This document shows positions 56,501 through 64,000 of a stretch of 64,000 bases of DNA, one piece after another. Position 1 is the first letter of the stretch; each line of letters begins with the position of its first letter. Under the pieces are notes generated by a model. That model worked only from the letters and a program-made list of their open reading frames with translations. It was not told where the DNA came from and did not search any database. This stretch comes from Eledone cirrhosa (Eukaryota): positions 359,538,001-359,602,000 of the forward strand of contig OZ024742.1 in the NCBI GenBank assembly GCA_964016885.1, given 5' to 3'. The position numbers and the translations under genes were made by a program.

Positions 56501-59500
56501 AAGTGATATGAGGTATTGGCTTCTATTGTGGTAGATTTACACTTTCAGGTGAGAATACAGGAGCAAGGTGATATAAGGTAATGGTGACTATTGTGGCAGT
56601 TTTACACTTTCAGGTGAGAATACAGGGGCAAGGTGATATGAGGTATTGGCGACTATTGTGGCAGATTTACACTTTCAGGTGAGAATACAGCGGCAAGGTC
56701 ATATGAGGTATTGACGACTATTGTGGCAGATTTACACTTTCAGCTGAGAAAACAGGATCAAGGTTATATGAGGTATTGGCGAATATTGTGGCAGATTTAC
56801 ACTTTCAGGTGAGAATACAGGATCAAGGTGATATGAGGTATTGGCGACTATTGTGGCAGATTTACACTTTCAGGTGACAAAACAGGATCAAGGTGATTTG
56901 AGGTATTGGCAACTATTGTGGTAGATTTACACTTTCAGGTGAGAATACAGGGGCAAGGTGATATGAGGTATTGGCGACTATTGTGGCAGATTTACACTTT
57001 CAGGTGAGAACACAGGGGCAAGGTGATATGACGTATTGGCGACTATGGTGGTAGATTTACACATTCAGGTGAGAATACAGGGGCAAGGTGATATGAGGTA
57101 TTGGCGACTGATGTGGCAGATTTACACTTTCAGGTGAGAATACAGGGGCAATGTGATATGAGGTATTGGCGACTATTGTGGCAGATTTACACTTTCAGGT
57201 GAGAATACAGGGGCAAGGTGATATGAGGTATTGGCGACTATTGTGGCAGATTTACACTTTCAGGTGAGAATACAGGGGCAAGGTGATATGAGGTATTGGC
57301 GACTATTGTGGTAGATTTACACTTTCAGGTGAGAATACAGGGACAAGGTGATAGGAGGTATTGGCGTCTACTGTGACAGATTTACACTCTCAGGTGAGAA
57401 TACAGGGTTAAGGTGATATGAAGTATTGGCGACTATTGTGGTAGATTTACACTTTCAGGTGACAATACAGGGGCAAGGTGATATGACGTATTGGCGTCTA
57501 CTGTGGTAGATTTACACTTTCAGGTGAGAATACAGGGGCAATGTGATATGACGTATTGGCGTCTACTGTGGCAGATTTACACTTTCAGGTGAGAATACAG
57601 GGGCAAGGTGATATGAGGTATTGGCGACTATTGTGGTAGATTTACACTTTCAGGTGAGAATACAGGATCAAGGTGATATGAGGTATTGGCGACTATTGTG
57701 GTAGATTTACACTTTCAGGTGAGAATACAGGATCAAGGTGATATGAGGTATTGGCGACTATTGTGGTAGATTTACACTTTCAGGTGAGAATACAGGGAAG
57801 AGGTGATATGAGGTATTGGCGTCTATTGTGGTAGATTTACACTTTCAGGTGAGAATACAGGGGCAAGGTGATATGAGGTATTGTCGTCTATTGTGGTAGA
57901 TTTACACTTTCTGGTGAGAATACAGGGGCAAGGTGATATGAGGTATTGGCGTCTATTGTGGTAAATTTACACTTTCAGGTGAGAATACAGGATCAAAGTG
58001 ATATGAGGTATTGGCTTCTATTGTGGTAGATTTACACTTTCAGGTGAGAATACAGGAGCAAGGTGATATAAGGTAATGGTGACTATTGTGGCAGTTTTAC
58101 ACTTTCAGGTGAGAATACAGGGGCAAGGTGATATGAGGTATTGGCGACTATTGTGGCAGATTTACACTTTCAGGTGAGAATACAGCGGCAAGGTCATATG
58201 AGGTATTGACGACTATTGTGGCAGATTTACACTTTCAGGTGAGAAAACAGGATCAAGGTTATATGAGGTATTGGCGAATATTGTGGCAGATTTACACTTT
58301 CAGGTGAGAATACAGGATCAAGGTGATATGAGGTATTGGCGACTATTGTGGCAGATTTACACTTTCAGGTGACAAAACATGATCAAGGTGATTTGAGGTA
58401 TTGGCGACTATTGTGGCAGATTTACACTTTCAGGTGACAAAACAGGATCAAGGTGATTTGAGGTATTGGCAACTATTGTGGTAGATTTACACTTTCAGGT
58501 GAGAATACAGGGGCAAGGTGATATGAGGTATTGGCGACTATTGTGGCAGATTTACACTTTCAGGTGAGAATACAGGATCAAGGTGATATGACGTATTGGC
58601 GACTATGGTGGTAGATTTACACATTCAGGTGAGAATACAGGGGCAAGGTGATATGAGGTATTGGCGACTGATGTGGCAGATTTACACTTTCAGGTGAGAA
58701 TACAGGGGCAATGTGATATGAGGTATTGGCGGCTATTGTGGCAGATTTACACTTTCAGGTGAGAATACAGGGGCAAGGTGATATGAGGTATTGGCGACTA
58801 TTGTGGCAGATTTACACTTTCAGGTGAGAATACAGGGGCAAGGTGATATGAGGTATTGGCGACTATTGTGGTAGATTTACACTTTCAGGTGAGAATACAG
58901 GGACAAGGGGATATGAGGTATTGGCGTCTACTGTGACAGATTTACACTCTCAGGTGAGAATACAGGGTTAAGGTGATATGAAGTATTGGCGACTATTGTG
59001 GTAGATTTACACTTTCAGGTGACAATACAGGGGCAAGGTGATATGACGTATTGGCGTCTACTGTGGTAGATTTACACTTTCAGGTGAGAATACAGGGGCA
59101 ATGTGATATGACGTATTGGCGTCTACTGTGGCAGATTTACACTTTCAGGTGAGAATACAGGGGCAAGGTGATATGAGGTATTGGCGACTATTGTGGTAGA
59201 TTTACACTTTCAGGTGAGAATACAGGATCAAGGTGATATGAGGTATTGGCGACTATTGTGGTAGATTTACACTTTCAGGTGAGAATACAGGGAAGAGGTG
59301 ATATGAGGTATTGCCGACTATTGTGGCAGATTTACACTTTCAGGTGAGAATACAGGATCAAGGTGATATGAGGTATTGGCGTCTATTGTGGCAGATTTAC
59401 ACTTTCAGGTGAGAATACAGGATCAAGGTGATATGAGGTATTGGCGTCTATTGTGGCAGATTTACACTTTCAGGTGAGAATACAGGATCAAGGTGATTTT

Positions 59501-62500
59501 AGGTATTGGCGTATACTGTGGTAGATTTACACTTTCAGGTGAGAATACAGGGGCAAGGTGATATGAGGTATTGGCGTCTACTGTGACAGATTTACACTTT
59601 CAGGTGAGAATACAGGGGCAAGGTTATATGAGGTATTGGCGTCTATTGTGGTAGGTTTACACTTTCAGGTGAGAATACAGGGGCTAGGTGATATGAGGTA
59701 TTGGCAACTATTGTGGTAGATTTACACTTTCAGGTGACAATACAGGGGCAAGGTGATATGAGGTATTGGCGTCTACTGTGACAGATTTACACTTTCAGGT
59801 GAGAATACAGGGGCAATGTGATATGAGGTATTGGCGTCTACTGTGACAGATTTACACTTTCAGGTGAGAATACAGGGGCAAGGTTATATGAGGTATTGGC
59901 GTCTATTGTGGCAGATTTACACTTTCAGGTGAGAATACAGGGGCTAGGTGATATGAGGTATTGGCGACTATTGTGGTAGATTTACACTTTCAGGTGAGAA
60001 TACAGGATCAAGGTGATATGAGGTATTGGCGTCTATTGTGGCAGATTTACACTTTCAGGTGAGAATACAAGGGCAAGGTGATATGAGGTATTGGCGTCTA
60101 TTGTGGCAGATTTACACTTTCAGGTGAGAATACAGGGGCAAAGTGATATGAGGTATTGTCGTCTATTGTGGTAGATTTACACTTTCAGGTGAGAAACAAG
60201 GGCAAGGTGATATGACGTATTGGCGTCTACTGTGGCAGATTTACACTTTCAGGTGAGAATACAGTATCAAGGTGATATGAGGTATTGGCGACTATTGTGG
60301 TAGATTTACACTTTCAGGTGAAAATACAGGGGCAAGGTAATATGAGGTATTGGCGTTTATTGTGGCAGATTTACACTTTCAGGTGAGAATACAAGGGCAA
60401 GGTGATATGAGGTATTGGCGTCTATTGTGGCAGATTTACACTTTCAGGTGAGAATACAGGGGCAAAGTGATATGAGGTATTGGCGACTATTGTGGCAGAT
60501 TTACACTTTCAGGTGAGAATACAGGGGCAATGTGATAAGAGGTATTGGCGGCTATTGTGGCAGATTTACACTTTCAGGTGAGAATACAGGGACAAGGGGA
60601 TATGAGGTATTGGCGTCTACTGTGACAGATTTACACTCTCAGGTGAGAATACAGGGTTAAGGTGATATGAAGTATTGGCGACTATTGTGGTAGATTTACA
60701 CTTTCAGGTGACAATACAGGGGCAAGGTGATATGACGTATTGGCGTCTACTGTGGTAGATTTACACTTTCAGGTGAGAATACAGGGGCAATGTGATATGA
60801 CGTATTGGCGTCTACTGTGGCAGATTTACACTTTCAGGTGAGAATACAGGGGCAAGGTGATATGAGGTATTGGCGACTATTGTGGTAGATTTACACTTTC
60901 AGGTGAGAATACAGGATCAAGGTGATATGAGGTATTGGCGACTATTGTGGTAGATTTACACTTTCAGGTGAGAATACAGGGAAGAGGTGATATGAGGTAT
61001 TGCCGACTATTGTGGCAGATTTACACTTTCAGGTGAGAATACAGGATCAAGGTGATATGAGGTATTGGCGTCTATTGTGGCAGATTTACACTTTCAGGTG
61101 AGAATACAGGATCAAGGTGATTTTAGGTATTGGCGTCTATTGTGGCAGAATTACACTTTCAGGTGAGAATACAGGATCAAGGTGATATGAAGTATTGGCG
61201 ACTATTGTGGTAGATTTACACTTTCAGGTGACAATACAGGGGCAAGGTGATATGACGTATTGGCGTCTACTGTGGTAGATTTACACTTTCAGGTGAGAAT
61301 ACAGGGGCAATGTGATATGACGTATTGGCGTCTACTGTGGCAGATTTACACTTTCAGGTGAGAATACAGGGGCAAGGTGATATGAGGTATTGGCGACTAT
61401 TGTGGTAGATTTACACTTTCAGGTGAGAATACAGGATCAAGGTGATATGAGGTATTGGCGACTATTGTGGTAGATTTACACTTTCAGGTGAGAATACAGG
61501 GAAGAGGTGATATGAGGTATTGCCGACTATTGTGGCAGATTTACACTTTCAGGTGAGAATACAGGATCAAGGTGATATGAGGTATTGGCGTCTATTGTGG
61601 CAGATTTACACTTTCAGGTGAGAATACAGGATCAAGGTGATATGAGGTATTGGCGTCTATTGTGGCAGATTTACACTTTCAGGTGAGAATACAGGGGCAA
61701 GGTGATATGAGGTATTGGCGTCTACTGTGACAGATTTACACTTTCAGGTGAGAATACAGGGGCAAGGTGATATGAGGTATTGGCGTCTATTGTGGTAGGT
61801 TTACACTTTCAGGTGAGAATACAGGGGCTAGGTGATATGAGGTATTGGTGACTATTGTGGTAGATTTACACTTTCAGGTGAGAATACAGGATCAAGGTGA
61901 TATGAGGTATTGGCGTCTACTGTGGCAGATTTACACTTTCAGGTGAGAATACAAGGGCAAGGTGATATGAGGTATTGGCGTCTATTGTGGCAGATTTACA
62001 CTTTCAGGTGAGAATACAGGGGCAAAGTGATATGAGGTATTGTCGTCTATTGTGGTAGATTTACACTTTCAGGTGAGAATACAAGGGCAAGGTGATATGA
62101 GGTATTGGCGTCTATTGTGGCAGATTTACACTTTCAGGTGAGAATACAGGATCAAGGTGATATGAGGTATTGGCGTCTATTGTGGCAGATTTACACTTTC
62201 AGGTGAGAATACAGGATCAAGGTGATATGAGGTATTGGCGACTATTGTGGTAGATTTACACTTTCAGGTGAAAATACAGGGGCAAGGTAATATGAGGTAT
62301 TGGCGTTTATTGTGGCAGATTTACACTTTCAGGTGAAAATACAGGGGCAAGGTAATATGAGGTATTGGCGTTTATTGTGGCAGATTTACACTTTCAGGTG
62401 AAAATACAGGGGCAAGGTGATATGAGGTATTGTCGTCTATTGTGGCAGATTTACACTTTCAGGTGAGAATACAGGCGCAAAGTGATATGAGGTATTGTCG

Positions 62501-62782
62501 TCTATTGTGGTAGATTTACACTTTCAGGTGAGAATACAAGGGCAAGGTGATATGAGGTATTGGCCTCTATTGTGGCAGATTTACACTTTCAGGTGAGAAT
62601 ACAGGATCAAGGTGATATGAGGTATTGTCGTCTATTGTGGCAGATTTACACTTTCAAGTTAGAATACAGGGGCAAAGTGATATCAGGTATTGTCGTCTAT
62701 TGTGGTAGATTTACACTTTCAGGTGAGAATACAAGGGCAAGGTGATACGAGGTTTTGGCGACTATTGTGGCAGATTTACACT
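11558..62782. repeat. 65-bp tandem satellite array, 51.2 kb, complete with both flanks; consensus ACTATTGTGGYAGATTTACACTTTCAGGTGAGAATACAGG(GG/AT)CAAGGTGATATGAGGTATTGGCG
   Basis: Unit starts at 11558, 11623, 11688 (period 65); the last start is 62761. The span of 51203 plus the net 17 bp of deletions I counted equals 788 x 65 exactly, followed by a 22-bp partial unit. All units are in the same orientation, with no foreign insertions seen. Confidence 0.99.
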
Positions 62783-62814
62783 CTTCTTCAACAACTTCCA
62801 ACATTATTTCTACT

Positions 62815-63002
62815 TTAGGATTGGCAGTATCGGTAGAGGGTCGGACGCCATGCTTTGCAGCAAAGAGTTACGGCCCTTTATAGTCTGAGTTCAAATCTCG
62901 CCGAGGTTAAATTGCCTTTCATCCTTACGGCGTCGATAAAATAAAGTACCAGTAATACACTGGAGTAATTGCTGGCTTTGTGCCAAAATAGAAACAATTA
63001 TT
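62815..63002 (+). mobile_element. tRNA-derived SINE, Octopus-type, copy 1 (internally deleted tail)
   Basis: A-box-like TGGCAGTATCGG and B-box-like GAGTTCAAATCTC, then GCCTTTCATCCTTACGGCGTCGATAAAATAAAGTACCAG and tail GGCTTTGTGCCAAAATAGAAACAATTA. Homologous to the adjacent copy; matches my recollection of abundant Octopus SINEs. Confidence 0.8.
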
Positions 63003-63013
63003 TCTACGTTAAC

Positions 63014-63231
63014 GGGGGTTAATTGGCAGAATCGTTGGAGAGGAAGACAACATGTTTTATGGCATAGAATTATGCCACTTTACGATCTGAGTTCAAATCC
63101 TGCAGCGCTTAGCTTTACCTCTCATCTTTACGGGGTCGATAAAATAAAGTACCAGTAACTTAATAGGGTCGATTTAACCAACTTCCCCAAAAAACAATTG
63201 GTAGCCTTGTACCTAAATCAGAAACAATTAT
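63014..63231 (+). mobile_element. tRNA-derived SINE, Octopus-type, copy 2
   Basis: TGGCAGAATCG...CTGAGTTCAAATCC...GGGGTCGATAAAATAAAGTACCAGTAA...GCCTTGTACCTAAATCAGAAACAATTA. Shares GTCGATAAAATAAAGTACCAGTAA exactly with copy 1. Confidence 0.8.
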
Positions 63232-63233
63232 GA

Positions 63234-63292
63234 TTTCTCCTTTAAGCACAAGGCCAGCAATGTTTTGGGTGTTGGGGTCATTATATCGACTG
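63234..63292 (-). mobile_element. Inverted 3'-tail fragment of the same SINE family
   Basis: The reverse complement ends ...GCCTTGTGCTTAAAGGAGAAA, 17/21 identical to the tail of copy 2. Confidence 0.65.
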
Positions 63293-63575
63293 ATGATTTC
63301 TTTTTAATGAAACAGTTCGAGTCCTGTAGAAGCTATTTCTGTATTAAACATGATGTTTACACTCTTCTAATGTATTGAGTGCATTATCCAAAACATGAGA
63401 AGAAAGAATACTGCGTGGTTGCACATGGGTTACATATGATAAAAATAGTCCTTCGTCAGTGATTTTCCAACCTTCATTGGTATTTCATCGCTTTAAAAAT
63501 CATATACCTCCGGTTGGTGCGAGCAATAGCTAAATAAAGCTATTGGGACAAGTAAATCGCGTAAAGCGGGCAAGA

Positions 63576-63599
63576 TATATATATATATATATATATATA
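63576..63599. repeat. (TA)n microsatellite
   Basis: Direct observation. Confidence 0.95.
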
Positions 63600-63609
63600 C
63601 AGTTAAAGA

Positions 63610-63680
63610 ATGAAGATTAAGATAGTTGGCTGTTCAATAAGGGGTTTATTTAAAGTACTGACAATTGTTTCGTTGATCAG
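63610..63680 (+). CDS. Candidate first coding exon, MKIKIVGCSIRGLFKVLTIVSLI(phase 2)
   Basis: ATG with A at -3, 23 open codons with a basic-then-hydrophobic pattern, ending at a perfect donor CAG|GTGAGT (63680/63681). Short, with no recognised homology. Confidence 0.2.
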
Positions 63681-63888
63681 GTGAGTCTAGAGTTCGCTAA
63701 TCGCTTGAGGTTGTGTCATTCGATCACCAATACATTATTTACCTCTGGTCAACACATCAGAGTACGTAGATACCTACCTACTCTGATGTACTATATGTGT
63801 TTAGGCACGAGAAAGAATTTTTCACACGTTGTCCACACGTCGCCAAACATCTATTGCATAACTACAAGGCTCCGGACTGATTCTTTGT

Positions 63889-63922
63889 AATTTTATTTTT
63901 AATTTTATTTTAATTTTATTTT
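63889..63922. repeat. Three copies of AATTTTATTTT(T)
   Basis: Direct observation. Confidence 0.8.
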
Positions 63923-64000
63923 CAACCTAAAAACTTTCTGGACTTTCGCAGTTATCTCCCTTACACCTCTCGCACGCAGTCTAGTATTGACTGTGTGAAG

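Noticed and set aside
11558-62782. Satellite-encoded hammerhead ribozyme
   Set aside because: No CTGANGA core with a downstream GAAA on either strand; the closest is CTGAAAG on minus.
11558-62782. Array as a coding repeat, including ORF 62560..62745
   Set aside because: 65 is not a multiple of 3 and stops recur on both strands. The 61-aa ORF exists only because one unit has AAGTTAGA in place of AGGTGAGA.
62815-63110. tRNA genes
   Set aside because: A/B boxes belong to degenerate SINE heads; no cloverleaf is evident and SINE body and tail follow.
63681-63890. 69-aa ORF with GTG start
   Set aside because: Non-ATG start coincides with a splice-donor-like GTGAGT; no recognisable protein.

Overview
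Eukaryotic, AT-rich, repeat-dominated window. It is most likely cephalopod (Octopus-like), inferred from my recall of the tRNA-derived SINE type and the microsatellite density. I recognise no protein-coding gene, and most listed ORFs are repeat artefacts. Layout: compound microsatellites and a probable retroelement 3' end (1-1.7 kb); a ~6.3-kb 14-bp minisatellite (2529-8838) that has captured copies of its own right flank; a short unique/microsatellite/SINE spacer (8.9-11.5 kb); a complete 51.2-kb tandem array of a 65-bp unit (11558-62782; 788 units + 22 bp by my phase/indel count); then tandem SINE copies and a candidate short exon. The most striking observation is that the 65-bp unit, read in one phase, is shaped like a minimal spliceosomal intron (GTGAGA...TTTACACTTTCAG). 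The + strand therefore carries hundreds of back-to-back AG|GTGAG junctions resembling recursive splice sites. The array also shows irregular higher-order duplications, a CpG-decay signature and recurrent variants that perfect internal hairpins. All functional readings are hypotheses.
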